Source of the DNA: Leucoraja erinacea | Lineage: Eukaryota | DNA: 64,000 bases | Direction of reading: 5' to 3' | Assembly (NCBI RefSeq): GCF_028641065.1 | Contig: NC_073406.1 | Span: 8,246,001-8,310,000, forward strand | Part shown: piece after piece, positions 1-13,610 of the stretch | Layout of the letters: each line of letters opens with the position of its first letter | Numbering within the stretch: the first letter of the stretch is position 1 | Made by a program: the position numbers and the translations under genes | Notes under the pieces: model-generated | What the model saw: only the letters and a program-made list of their open reading frames with translations | The model's database searches: none | What the model was told of the DNA's origin: nothing

Positions 1-310
1 AGCACAATGATTGGCTTCCTAGGTCTAGGCATAAGTTCAGGGGCGACCGTGCCTTTGCGGTTGCAGCTCCAAGACTGTGGAACAGCATCACTCTTCCCAA
101 CTGGACTGCCCCCTCCATCTACTCTTTTAAGTCGAGACTTAAAACTCATCTTTACTCTCTGAGGGAGGGCTATATGTATGTATTTTTGTATGTACTTAAT
201 CTATGAACCAATGTTGTATGACGTTAGTACCTCCATCAATGCAAAGCAATTTGGTCAACGAGAGTTGTTTTTTAAATGTGCTATAGAAATAAAAGTGACT
301 TGACTTGACT
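1..310 (+). mobile_element. L2-clade LINE 3' end (5' truncated by window)
   Basis: Translates as GDRAFAVAAPRLWNS...SFKSRLKTHLY, the typical L2 ORF2 C-terminus; ends in aataaaa + (gactt)n tail. Confidence 0.75.
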
Positions 311-2289
311 TCCTGTATTTTTAACATGTGTAGATGGGGCCACGGTGCAGGATTTCACGATGGCACTCCAACAGCACGACACGGGGAGAGACAGCCTGGA
401 TACTTCTGAGCTCTGGTTAGTGTTTGCCTCCCTGGATACAGATGTTACTGTCAGGGAAACATAATGAAAAGGACTTTGGAAACAAAAGCTGCCGTAAACA
501 CAGGAAGAGCGGATTCTCCAGAGACCCAGGTACAATAACACCCGTCCATATTTCCATGGCTTTCTTGAACTTATGCACTGCATTATTAACGAGTAACAAT
601 TTTACACAGTTTTATCTCTTACATTACTTCCTCACTAATGTTTGTTGAAATTGCCACAGCTCAAAAACCATCGGCTTTGATTTTGAATTTGTGTAACAGG
701 TGAAAGTAAATTAGAAACCTGACTGTCATTGTCTGATATAACTTGTTTTCTGTATCGGTCTGTGTGAACGAGGTGTAACAGTCTGCAGAATCATTTCACA
801 CATTCTGCACGATTGCACTGGTGGGATGAACCCATTCTTCAGGTGACTTTCACAGTCACCAGTGAATCCTGGTTGAGAATGGCGGCTATCTCCTCACACC
901 AGAGGGGGCAACACCTTCTTGTGATATCTTCCTGTGCACCCTTTTAAAAACGTCTCAGCTACGTGGCTTCAATGTTGTACTGAAGTGTGGCTTTGCTGCC
1001 AAAGTATGGCCCACATCAGAGGTGTGTTCTTTCAGTTGGGGCATCTAACACCCCCTGCCTGCTCTTTCAGGTGGATGTAATTGATCCCATGTCACTCCTT
1101 AGTAGAGTGAAAGGCCAATGCTTATCGTTCAATCAATATGTTTAGTCTTTGTTGTTTCAGCACAATGCTGCCTGTGGGCAGTTGCTGTGTATAGATCTCA
1201 TGTCCTGATCCTGCATTACAACAGTAACGGGAAAAAGTGATTCAATGGTTACCTGGAGATCACAAAAAAACACCACGTGAGTCTGACACAGACATGCTTC
1301 AAAGGTAATTTATTTGTCACATGCAACTGCAGGGTGAAATTCTTTTTGCATATATTACACATGCAGACGTTGCCATTTTTGACGCCATTATTCAAAGTCC
1401 AATCGGCCCGCCGCACGGTCTATTGGAGCAGTTCCCGCAAACACACGTCCCTCTCCTCGCCCGGCCATCTTTTTGTCCCGTGGGCGTTTCCTGCAGCTGA
1501 CCTTGAAGGCGCTGGTGGCATTAACCCGGTTCACCTTCCGGTGTTGTTTCATTCTATGGTGCCGAGCAATTCTAACGTACTTAGCTTTACTCTGCAGAGG
1601 CCAATTCTTTATCACAGCACTTCAGCCAACATTCACAACCAACGTGTTTTGAATTCCTGCAATAGGGTTTTACATTCATTTTGCTATTTAGTTGAGATGG
1701 TGGTTCATGATGTCCTAACACTGACCTTGACAGAGCTCCTTCATGCAATTATTACCATTTTAATTATACATATTTTTAGAAAAATGAGAGAAAATACTGG
1801 AAACTGGGGTGGCACTTTTCAACATTTTCAAATTTAATTTCAGAATTCCAGCTTTCACGATGTTTCGCCTCTACATTGTTGGAATTCCTTTTCCAAATAC
1901 ACTTTGGTCCTTTTCCACTCAAACTCAATCATATTGTGTGGTGTTTCTCTGGCACATTACCAGCCTATTGTTAGTGTCTGCACTCAGAGAGTGATAGGAG
2001 GTTAATCACAGGGCTAGCTGAGTCACAAGACAACCAGATGAACCCACTTACCAGCAGAAATCCCTGGATCAGGGACAGCAAGCCTGGAATGTCTGTTAAA
2101 CTTCTCAGGGTTGGGGCTCAAAGCAGCCTAACCTCCAGTGGCCAGGCCATTTCAGTCATGGGGGAACATGATTCTCCAAATCTTCCTGAGGTTGAACATT
2201 GTGGTTGAGATGAACATCCTCCATATTACAGATCCTTGCTCAGTTCCCAAATGGCCATATTGGTGGATGTTTCAATACAACATTCAAAT

Positions 2290-2605
2290 TCAGAGTAGGG
2301 GGATTGAGGACCAGAGGACACAGGTTCAAGGTGAAGGGGAAAAGATTTAATAGCAATCCGAAGGGTAACCTTTTCACACAGAGGGTGGTGGGTGTATGGA
2401 ACAAGCTGCCAGAGGAGGTAGTTGAGGCTGGGACTATCCAATTGTTTAAGAAACAGTTGGACAGGTACATGAATAGGACAGGTTTGGAGGGTTATGGACC
2501 AAGCGCAGGCAAGTGGGACTAAAGTTAGCTGAGACATTGTTGGCCGGTGTTGGCAAGTTAAGCCGAAGGGCCTGTTTCCACACTGTATCACTCTATGACT
2601 ATGAC
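2290..2605 (+). mobile_element. CR1-clade LINE 3' fragment
   Basis: ORF 2304..2522 RTRGHRFKVKGKRF...FTQRVVGVWNKLPEEVVEAGTI..FKKQLDRYM is the CR1 ORF2 C-terminus; (ctatga)n tail. Confidence 0.85.
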
Positions 2606-2894
2606 CTAGCCACGGAACCATCATTACACGTCTCACACACCCATCTTCCCTTAACCAATTGGAAATCAAACAGACTCATAATTACCTGTTTGGATGATGT
2701 CACGCTTTCTAATCTGCCTAATACTTTTGTAAGTCATTAAAGAAAATCTATTGCATCTTGTAATACCAACACCAGTTTGCCTCAATGTGTGTTTGGAGAT
2801 TAATTCCTGGAGTTTCCAGGGCAGTCCTGGAGGGGCAGCGATGTAAAACTTAACCACTCAGGATAATGGCCATTATTAGTCAGGGAGATGAATA

Positions 2895-3250
2895 GAAAAC
2901 CAGGGAGGTTATGCTCAACTTTATACACCATTGGTCAGAGCTCAGCTGAAGTACTGTGTATGGTCCTAATCACCACAAGATAGGAAAGATGTGACAGAGC
3001 TGGGTGAGTGCAGAGGAGATTCACCAGGATGTTGCCCGGGATGGAGTGTTTGAGAGGCTGGGTCTGTTCTGCCTGGAATGAAGTAGGCTAAGAACTGAGC
3101 TATATAAAAATTGCGAGGGGTACAGATATTGTAGACTGCAGGCAACCTTTCCCCATATCAGCTAAAAACAGATAAGACAAGACAACATAGATTTAACTAA
3201 GGGGAAAGAGATTCAGAGGGGGTTATGTAACATCTGAAGGGAAATAATTT
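2895..3250 (+). mobile_element. Degenerate CR1 LINE fragment
   Basis: Decayed LVR.QL.YCV.W.P..RKDV..L..VQRRFTRMLPGM-type sequence with stops. Confidence 0.6.
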
Positions 3251-3569
3251 ACAGTACCTATGTGGTTAGGGAGTTGGACTAGTTAAATTGCTTACACAAA
3301 GGCAGAATGAACTTGATGGACCAAATGACAACCTCCTTTGCTGTAGACATTATGTTTCTGTAATGGGGTGGGTGTACCCAACAAACAACATTCTTCCAGC
3401 TACGGAGAGTGGTGCTGCAAAAGATATGACGTTGGAGAGTGGGGCGGATAACAGTACTCGGTGGAATCATGTTCTTTGTGCAAGACAGCCATGGGGAAAC
3501 TTGCTCGTGATGTTTCGGTGGGCCGAAGGGCTGTTTCCACACTGTATGTCTCAAAGGGGGGAGGGGGGG

Positions 3570-3870
3570 GGGCACAGTGGCACAACAGTAGAGTTGCTGC
3601 CTTACAGTGCCAGAGACCCAGGTTTGATCCTGACTACGGGTGCTGTCTGTACGGAGTTTGTATATTCTCCCTGTGACCGTGTGGGTTTTCACCGGGTGCT
3701 CCAGTTTCCTCCCACACTCCAAAGAGTACAAGTTTGTAGGTTCATTGGCTTCAGTAAGTTGTCAAAATTGTCCCTAGTGTATGTATGCGAGTGTACGGGG
3801 TGGTCACAGGTCGACATGGACTCGGTGGGCCGAACGGCCTGTTTCCACACTATATCTATAAAGACTAAAG
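3570..3870 (+). mobile_element. tRNA-derived SINE (V-SINE/HE1-like of elasmobranchs)
   Basis: tRNA-like head (ggcacagtggcac...gacccaggtttgatcctg), core tgtacggagtttg...ctccctgtgaccg...ctccagtttcctcccacactccaaag, CR1-like tail; homologous to copies at 16068 and 25390. Confidence 0.8.
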
Positions 3871-5057
3871 TCTCCTTAATGACATACTATATTAGTGCCT
3901 CCACTCCAGGGAATCCTGCATTAGCAGCTGATCCCTTGCCTGGCTGCTCCAGTGAGCTAAAGGAATGGTAGGTCATTTCCTGCCTGAAGTGGGCCCCGAC
4001 CTGAAACATCCCCTATCCATCTTCTTCAAGAATGTTGCCTGAGTTACTCATGTCTTTCTTTGTTCAAGGCTAATCAAAGGTGTCCTTGTGTGTAAACCAG
4101 CATCTGCAGTTCCTTGCATCCACTAGGTGATATTCTCTCCTTGTACATGGAGCTTGTTGACTTCCATAGTGGAGCTGGGCGCCGCAAACTCCGCGATGGA
4201 GTTGACATCAACAGCAGCAATTCAGAATGATCTTTATGCGAGGGAGCTGGAAGTGACTATGACCTGAACCCTTCGTGGCAGAGTATTCCAGGCATGTAAG
4301 TGAGTATTTGCTTTGCTTTGTAGGAGGTAACATGTCACTTAGGACTGTCATTCTGAACTCCTACCTGCTCATTACAGAAGTTTAGTTGCAATTCTTGATC
4401 TCTATACATTTCTGGCTGGTAAAACCTCAGGCGATGAGCCACCTCCAGCAAAGTCCCTGTGGCTATCCGAGATGCCTTGAATGCTTATAGTTAATTTCCA
4501 TCTTATCCAACAAAAGAAATGTTACCTGTAAACAGACCTTCTTTGGAAGTAAGTTGTGAGTTCAGGTAAGTCTCAAAGGGTGAGGGGAGAGAAGCCTTGA
4601 TTTAAGTGAGAGCAGCATGCAGAGTAAGCAGTAAGGCTGCAAAGTGCTTCCCTGGCAGAGAAAGCCATTTGTGTATTGGCCCTATTAATATATTATTTCA
4701 GTGGACACAGGGTTAGCAAACAACGACAGGAAATGTGAAGGAATTTTATACCAGTCAGGGGTTGAATTTCCTGCCTGGTGCCAAGGAGCGGGACAATACT
4801 ATTCCAGTCTGGGTTAAGCCTCTTTTCAACTGCACAGCAACTTTTTCGATATTTTCACTCTATGAGAAGGAATCAAAATTTTCGAATTTTAGGTGGAAAC
4901 ATCCTGTTGAGTAAACCTGTAGAGATGTTTTGTTCCTATTGGGGAGGAGAGGGTTGACCAGTTAACTGAATATGATCATGGCAGTGTCTATCACGACAGG
5001 TGGCACACCTCAGTCATGTGGAATGTCAAGAATTAAAAAAATCCTAAATCTACAGAC

Positions 5058-5091
5058 CAAAGATTATAGAGGTGCTCCTCTATAATCTTTG
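5058..5091. mobile_element. 34-bp palindromic micro-MITE with 8-bp TSD
   Basis: caaagattatagagg-tgct-cctctataatctttg flanked by direct repeat ctacagac (5050-5057, 5092-5099). Confidence 0.6.
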
Positions 5092-5483
5092 CTACAGACC
5101 GTGTTGATCTGAAATAAAGCAGCAAGTTCTGGTGAAGGTTCTTTGACGTGTAACGTTAATTCTTAAACATTTTTTTTTTACAGATGCTGCCTCACCTGTT
5201 GAATGTGTGTAGTGCTCATTAGATTGTATTTGTGTCAGTAAGAGCAATACCCAAATCTCCCACTCTTTCCCCTCAGCACTACATGTTCACAAACACAGGT
5301 ATCCAAATGTCTTACCTCATTTCTACAGATGTTTTATCTTTCCCCTTCCAACTCTGACAACATTCCTCCCCCTGCCTTGCTGGACGTTGTCTGGAGCAAA
5401 GATCAGGAGCACCCGAGTATGCTGTGGGGGGGGGGGGAGAGGGAGGAGCAGGGAGAGGGCAGGACAGGCCAGGCCCGAGGTGG

Positions 5484-6002
5484 GCAGAGGCCGAGGGCGG
5501 GGACGAGCAGAGGCCGAGGGCGGGGACGAGCAGAGGCCGAGGGGGGACGGGGACGGGGACGCAGGGGACGGGGACGAGCAGAGGCCGACGGGGACGAGCA
5601 GGGGACGGGGACGAGCAGAGGCCGAGGACGGGGACGAGCAGAGGCCGAGGGCGGGGACGAGCAGGGGACGGCCGACGGGGCCGAGGACGGGGACGAGCAG
5701 AGGCCGAGGGCGGGGACGAGCAGAGGCCGAGGGCGGGGACGAGCAGAGGCCGAGGGCGGGGACGAGCAGAGGCCGAGGGCGGGGACGAGCAGGGACGGGG
5801 ACGAGCAGAGGCCGAGGGCGGGGGCGGGGACGAGCAGAGGCCGAGGGCGGGGACGAGCAGAGGCCGAGGGCGGGGACGAGCAGAGGCCGAGGGCGGGGAC
5901 GAGCAGAGGCCGAGGGCGGGGACGAGCAGGGGACGGGGACGAGCAGAGGCCGAGGGCGGGGACGAGCAGAGGCCGAGGGCGGGGACGAGCAGAGGCCGAG
6001 GG
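5484..6002 (+). repeat. GC-rich 23-bp minisatellite upstream of VAMP3 exon 1
   Basis: Tandem unit gcagaggccgagggcggggacga with variant units; explains the low-complexity ORFs at 5312-6295. Confidence 0.95.
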
Positions 6003-6300
6003 AGGGGCAAACAGGTCGCTGGCAGTGCAGGATAAAGCTCCAGTATATTTGGTGGAGGCCGCGCTGGTGCCGTGACGTCTCCGAGCCGCTGAGGACAACA
6101 CCCGACTCCCGGCCGCTGCGTCGACGGCTCCTTGTGAGAAGACATGTAAGTTCTTACCCCGGGGCCTCTCAGCAGTCGCCCCCATCCAGTACCGCACATT
6201 TTATTGATCTCTTTCTCCCACTCCCCGGCGCAATCCCAGGCTTGTGCTGAAGCAAGGCCGCGGGCGGGGGATTGTAGAACCGGGCCGCCGGTCACTCTCT
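6003..6300 (+). promoter_or_regulatory. VAMP3 CpG-island promoter/5'UTR
   Basis: High CpG density; CRE-like tgacgtct at 6073-6080; GC boxes; surrounds first coding exon. Confidence 0.7.
6144..6145 (+). CDS. VAMP3: VAMP3 coding exon 1 (AT of split ATG)
   Basis: gacAT|gtaagt donor; joins to G of exon 2 to form ATG; the split start codon is the known VAMP1/2/3 gene structure. Confidence 0.8.
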
Positions 6301-9300
6301 CAGTGAATGTTCATTTATTAAAGAAAACTCCCCACCTTCAGTTGGTAGCAGAGTATTATGAGAAATTGTTCCAAATGCTGGAGTTTGTCGGAAACTTGTT
6401 GCAGTCTTTGCTGTCAGTGTCTCTGAGGTTCAACAAGTTGAAGTTGCCTTCCTTGAGGCCTGGTTTTGAAGGGAGAGATACATTATTGTACTTTTCGTAA
6501 TTCAAAGTTGCTGACTATTTTGGAATATATCAAGCTTGCTTTTCCCAGAAGATTTATTGGCTGCTGTTTTCAATCATAGATAATGAAAATGCAACAAGTA
6601 GTGTTAACCCTTACTGAAAACTGAAAGATTAGTAGTTATCTAATCATGCTTTTTTTTTATTTAATGGAAAATTGTCGTGTTTCTTCTTTATTGTTTTGGG
6701 TTTGGTCCAAGCGCAAAGTTCCTCGGAAATTTAGTGAATCACCTGACCTATTCAAGACGGGGTGTACAAATTGAGGAATGCTCCGATGCAAAACCCATTT
6801 AAACTATAATGAATGCCGTGTTGGCAAAATGTCGGAGAATAATGTTATATAAATTCAGATTCATCTGATTAAAGCTCTCGTGGCATTTTTCTATTCATAT
6901 ATTTAGTGATGGCTCCTGACCACATGTTTGAAGGAATGGTTTTATTAATATGTGGTTGGATATGTCAAGGTGTACTTCCCAATTCTTAAAGCTAATGCTT
7001 CATATTGTTTGTTGTTGACACTACTTCCAAAACTTTGTACTAAATTTGGTTGAGTTCAAATCTCAGCAGATTAAATGAGAATTTAAAACTCGATTAGTGT
7101 AAAAACGTTGTCAAAAAGTCAATAGATTAATTGTCATTGTCATAAGTGAATATGCCTTGTTGCTGAACAGTTAGGAAAATTGACTACTTTGGCTTGTATT
7201 GAAATTAGTGGCATGGTAGTTGATTAATAGGTCTCCAAACTGGCCCAAAATGCAATTTGTGGCATTTGGGCTTGGACAGTGACTGTAGGTCTTGCCAGTG
7301 AAACTGTGTCGTGTGTCAAAAGTTGATCAAAATTAGATTACATGTAGCTCTGAGGAGTTGATTTGTTAGACATTCCCAGCTGGGCTTGACTATTTTCAGA
7401 TTGGCATTGGCATTCCTTAGATTTGGATTGCTCTTTCTAAGGGAATATTTAATGTCAATTTTGATTTGCAACTCGTTGGTGATTTGCATCTATTAACTGA
7501 GCCATCTGGCAGCATAATTCAGAACAGTGACTATAGGGCATGAATTAAATTGACAGTCTTGAAGAGTCCTCGCCCAAAATGCAGTCTGCCCATTTCCCTC
7601 CACAGATGCTGAGTTCCTCTGGTAGTTTTTTTGCTTGTGATTCCAGCATCTACAGTCTCTTATATCCTCTTAAATAGTGTTGTTGGGAAGCTAAGTAAAG
7701 ATAGTGCCAATTGATACTTACAATGATCATCATGGGATTTCCCAGAATTTGCTCCAATGTTAAGATTGCATTAAACAAATGTGGCAGTATGCATGCTGGT
7801 CATAATCAATTTCTGTTCCCACCTCTCAATTCCTCTGTGCCTTCTCCCATTTTGGTGAAATATATACTTAGTCATTGACCATTTTTTTTTCTCTCCAATA
7901 GTTATTTATCTCTATTTGAATTTGTTGAATCAAATTAATCAAATCCAAAAAAAATTAATCGGGGCTTTTGAAGGTCTTGCATAAAACATCTTGGAGTGCC
8001 GATAAAAGAAGGCTCTGTTAACTTATCCTTTCAAATGTTCATTGAAACTGTGGTACCTAGTTTTTTTTAATCCAATAAATATCTGGGGTTGCATGCCATC
8101 CACCCTCTGGGACTAAGAGAGTGATTGTAAAATCGTGTAGAATTGACGTCAGCGCATGCAATGTTGATTGGGGTGTGGTTAGTTGATTCATTGGTCCCAG
8201 TATTTGAATCTTTTTTTTCCTCAAACAGCAATGTTAAGAGCTTCACAAGAGCATCATCAAGCAGTGCAAGGCCTGACACTGATGAGGGGAGATGGGATAG
8301 TTAATTATATTTGCTTAATTATGTTATGGGATGAGACGAATTGCGAGTTTTAGAGATGAGAACTTTAGAACATGAAAGCAAAGCTGCCAGTGAGTGGAAT
8401 AAAAAGGATGAAAAAGAGGGTATAGCTGGTTTTGTGCTGTCAAGGCTCTAAACTTTAGAACTGAGCCTGAACAATCTATTAGTCACTAGTCCCGAGAACC
8501 TGCCTCAGTTTGACACTGAGCACTTTACATGGAATGTTTTATATAAAGTTGTCTTTGTTGTTTCTTGAGCAGCTGACTTCCATGATCTAACTGCTTGTTT
8601 CAGATTATTATTGTGGCCCTTCTGAGTTTGAGGAAAATGTTTTTTCCTGTGAAGACAGCATACATGTTAGTTTTTCCGAAATGGATTTGAAGCCCCTAGA
8701 TCTCAACATCAGTCTGTATACTGGGGGCTTGCTCTTGGGCTGATTGTTAGTATGTCTGTAGCTTTAATTGTTTCTAGCTTGTCTGAGGTTATTTTTCCTA
8801 CTTTTACTTCCCCAGTTATAAATATATTGCAAAGTGCTGCAGTGAGTACAGACTAATCGATTTACAAATTGATGAATTATTGGTTGAGAATTCCCAAATA
8901 CTTGGGTTGCTTGTGGTGGCGTAAAGAGAGTATGAGAGGGAGAGAGAGAGGCCAGTTGTCTTTTGACCCATTAGTAGTTCTCATTTTGAGATGCAACTCA
9001 GCTATTTGGTGTATATTTCTGCCAGAATTCTTATCGTCTTATCCAATTATCATTGTCTGGACTAGAATTTTTATAATGTTGCTTTCTTGGGACTGATGCT
9101 ATCATGCAATAGCATAGCTGCTTGTACGTTGCGTTCCAGCATGTAAATATGGAAGATTCCAAAGCCCTGTATTAGTTTAATTTTGGAATTTAAGCACCCC
9201 GCCCTCTCAACCACTGTAAGCATTGTAACAATTTTCTTTTGGTTGGGACAAAACATTTTCATCAATGCGTTCTAATTTCATGCCCTTTTACAACTCCAGG

Positions 9301-11089
9301 ATTTCAGAACGCCTACTTTCACAATGATAGTCACACATCAGGTACTTAGTAACATGAAGCAAATTTATGTGGAAATTCTCCCCCCAAAAAAACTGCAGTA
9401 ATGTGATATGAACATAAATCTTTTTCTGGTAATTATGGCAAAGCATAAATAGATCTTGGAGCACCGGAAGAGTTTTCTTGACTTTTGCAATGTATTATGG
9501 GGGATCTAATCAAGCTGATGATGGTGACTTGTCTGAAAGAAAATCTCGCTTCTTCTTCCTCCACCTCCACTATCCCCACCCTGCTGGAACCACAATATGG
9601 ATTTTCCCGTCTGATCTTAAGGACAGTTTTATCTATGACTTCTAGTTTTCACATTGATTCGTCAGCCATGGTAATTTTTTGCTTACACTTGGGTAGTTTT
9701 GGAATAAGTTTCAGCTAGACCTGGGCTTTGTGCTACAATTTGTGTAAACAGCTTGTGGTGGGGAGTGAAAAATGAACAATGGTGGGGAGTGAAATACAAG
9801 AAGTCGTTTGGTTTATATCTTTCACCAGCAAGGAAGTGCTGACTAGGAAGCATTGGAAGCATTCTCTTGCTTGGGAAAATCTTTCTCACGCAGGCATAAG
9901 TACCTCTTGCTCACTTTGAACTCATTGGGTTTTTTTTAATGCTGTGTGTTCCTTTTTAATACAGAGACATTAGAGCAACATACTGTATTCAGGCATTGGG
10001 TGAGATTTTATTCTGCTTGCCTTTCACATTGTAACATACCCTGTAAATCTTCTGCATTTAATTTCATTTTGAACTGCACTCATCTTTTATTATGAGGCAC
10101 TCAGAAACATCAAAGTTGGAAAAAGATACAAAACCAGTTTGAATTATTCATTCATAGGTGTCATGGTAGTTTGTCACTTTTCTCCATTCTTCGAATCTTG
10201 GCTGTCATATGGAGGAAGATTGCTGCTCAGTTCACTGAAGAATGTTCTCGGCCTGAAACATCACCCATTCCTTCTCTCTAGATATGCTGTCTGTCGCTCT
10301 AAGTTACTCCAGCATATTGTGTCGATCTTCGGTGTAAACCAGCGCCTGCAGTTCCTTCCTACACAGTTCACTGAATGATTTAAATTAGAAGCTCCTGGTC
10401 TGTTGGTCTTTGTTTTTAGTAATGAGTCCCCCAATGACAAGGCTTGATTACAGACAGCAACAATTACACATTGCTTTGAGATGGTATTTCTCTGAAGAGG
10501 CCTGTGAGCTTTGGGTAAACACTGGCTGCAGGATAGTGATGGCAATTGTTGCCTCTAGGTATGCACTAGAGAGTGTCGTTTGATTTTGCATGTTTTTTCT
10601 CCATATAAATTAAATTTGTCTTTCACTTGAGCATCTTTCTTTGGATATTAAACTAATGTAAATAATTTGACATCTTTCACTTGGTCTGTTGTCCATGCAG
10701 ATGTGAGAGCAGGAGATGTTGGAGACTGACTCCAAAAGCAGCATTGCAAACGGATGAGGAGCTTCATTGTTTCTGGATTCCAACCTAACAAATGTCAATT
10801 CCTTCACTGTGTACATCAGTAAACCCCTTCATAACTTTTTTCCAATGATCTCACAGTTGTTGCATAAAAATTGATTAAAGCTTTTAACCGGTTAATTCAA
10901 TCCTGAGCTTTTTGTCGAATGTGATGCGCTTAAATTTGTGTGCACTGAAAAGCAGCAATCGCAACTTTCCATCTCTCTGCTCCAATCTTTAATGTATGCT
11001 CTTCATTAATTTGAAGACAAGATGAACTTATCCACTGAACTAATAGTGTTACTAGCATGTGTGTGTAGATGCATTAATTGGGAAACACT

Positions 11090-11460
11090 TTCATAAGTGA
11101 TAGAGTAGAATTTGGCCATTTGGCCCATCAATGCCATTCAATCATTGCTGATCTATCTCTCCTTCCTGGCCTCATTCTCCTACCTTCTTCCCCCCCCGTA
11201 CTAATGAAGAATCTATCTCTGCAGTAAAAATATCTATTGACTGCCTCCTGTGGCAATGAATTCCACAGATTTACCACTCTGACTAAATAAATTCCCCCTC
11301 ATCTCCTTCCTAAAAGAACTTCCTTCAATTCTGAGGCAATAACCTCTGGTCCATGACTCTTCCACTAGTGGAAACATCCTTTCCACATCCACTCTATCCA
11401 GGCCTTTCACTATTTGTTTAGTTTCAATGAGGTCTCCCCTCATCCTTCTAAACACCAGTG
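11090..11460 (-). mobile_element. CR1 LINE 3' fragment
   Basis: ORF 11234..11482(-) RRMRGDLIET.QIVKGLDRVDVERMFPLVEESWTRGY. Confidence 0.85.
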
Positions 11461-13074
11461 CCATCAAACGCTCATTGTTCATTTTTCATTATTGTCTCCC
11501 ATCAACGTGACCTCTTTTGTCCTGGTTTTTACTCACAGGCTGGTAGCTTAAGAAATTATTCTGCTCAGCTCTTCCCCCTGTGGGTAAGGATTTGTTTTTT
11601 TTTTAATTCAAAATGTCATAAGCCTTTTGTGGGCGTGTTCACCACATTATATCCTGTGGGTACCAGGTAATACATAGGTTGACATGTTGGCATTTTTTTC
11701 AGTCTGCACTTGAGACGATATTTGATAAAGGTAGGATTCTGTGTACATTTGCCCGATGCGGCTAAATGCAATGGTGTCTGATTCACCTATAGTTAATTGT
11801 GAGGCAACATTTGTTCAGTTGAATGGTTAAGTACAAGGAATTGTGGATATATGACTAGATTTGTTTTGAGCTAAGCGTTAGTGGAATGCATGATTGGATC
11901 AGAAAGCTGTATGTCTGGAAATGGGAAGAGATGGATGCAGTGGAGTTAAGTTCACTGTGTATACCGCCTCAGACTTGTTAGGTTAAATGTGCTGTAAGTT
12001 GCAGGCAAAGCTTTAATACATTTTAAGTTAGTTCAAAATTAACTTAGCAATATGCTATGGGTGAAATCTCTATCACTATACATTGAATAAGAGAAGTTGG
12101 TGTTAAAATTCATTCAGTCCCATCTTGGTTTAATAATGGAACTTCATTGGTTGGGGCTAGGTTGAACTTGGCTTTTTCTTCTAACATTCAATCTTCAATC
12201 TATCCACTCAAGTGCATTCAGTCTGTTTGCCAGCGATCTCTTACACTAGCTGATATTACTTGGCACTAAATGCATGGAGTTAGGGAACAGAAATAGCTAA
12301 TTAAACTATTGAAATGTTCCACCTGTGACTCTTCTAATTGTCTGGTATGTGTGCTCAAGACCGACAGAGAGAGGAGCACAAAACAAACAGTTGTGGCCCA
12401 GAGTTTGTGGTTAACAGCAAAGCGTGAATGATTACCACAGACTTCCTCGTGTGTAGTGATCTGTGCCAAGCACTTCCCTTTTGACCATCTGTTGCTGTCA
12501 ACTGTCTGGGGATCCTTGGTATTTAATAGCTGGCTCTGCAACTCTTTACTTTATAAAAAACATAAAATAAAAAAAATTCTGCCTTAATGGCTGTAACGAT
12601 ATGAAGGTAGACCAACTAAATGTTAGCCATTATTTTTCAAAGAAGTTGCATGTTTATTTTGCTATGTATTTATTGCTCTACTTAATTTAAAAAATTGCAT
12701 TTTGAGTGCCCCAATGCAAGATGTTCAAGATGTTTGGAGTGTAATGGAGTATTGGCAACCAGTATCATAGCCACAAATCACGCATCCAAAAAATTGGACT
12801 ATGTGGCCATGACGTCAGGACCATTTAAGGTTAGGATGCCTCTGCTTCTCACTGATTTCTATATTTGTTGTACACTGAGAAATCTACTGTTAAACTGAAT
12901 ATACTCAATGTAGCATTATTGCAGCTGAGGCACTAAACTAATTCCCTGAACAATCCCAGTGCAGTCTGAATGGGATTTTTCCTGGGATCGTAGCCACGTT
13001 TATTCGTTACCTGCTTTTCTCCCAGGTTGAAATCAAGATAACACTTATTTTAGTGGCTTACAGCATCATATCAC

Positions 13075-13610
13075 TTGATCCACTTAATAATAATCGTCCC
13101 ACCCAACCCAAATCACCCTCTCCTGGCACTTTCTCTTGCAACCGCAGGAAACGCTACACTTGTCGCTTTACCTCCCCTCTTGACTCCATTCAAGGACATA
13201 AGCAGCCTTTCCAGATGCAGAGGTTCACCTGCAACTACTCCAACCTCATCTATTGCATTCGCTGCTCTAGGTGTCAGCTACTCTACATCAGTGAGACCAA
13301 ACGTAGGCTTGGCGATCGCTTCGCCCAACACCTCCACTCGGTTCACATAAACCTACCTGATGCGATAAACCTACCCGGTGGCACAACGCCCCCTCCCATT
13401 CCGAATCTGACCTTTCTGTCCAGGGCCTCCTCCATGGCCAGAGTGAGGACCGCCATAAATTGAAGGAGCAGCACCTCATATTTCGTTTGGGCAGTTTACA
13501 CCCCAGCGGTATGAACATTGACTTCTCTAATTTCAGGTAGTCCCTGCTTTCACCTCCCCTTCTCAGCTCTCCCTCAGTCCACTCTCTCCGCCTCTTCCTT
13601 TCTTCTAAGT
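13075..13610 (+). mobile_element. Penelope-like element fragment (GIY-YIG endonuclease)
   Basis: PGTFSCNRRKRYTC...SNLIYCIRCSRCQLLYISETKRRLGDRFAQH: GIY-YIG motif with CCHH-like residues; frameshifted. Confidence 0.85.

Noticed and set aside
3570-3640. tRNA gene
   Set aside because: tRNA-like head of a SINE followed by SINE core and tail; no full cloverleaf
5312-6295. Five long overlapping ORFs (200-330 aa, RG/P-rich)
   Set aside because: By-product of a stop-free 23-bp GC-rich minisatellite; open in multiple frames on both strands
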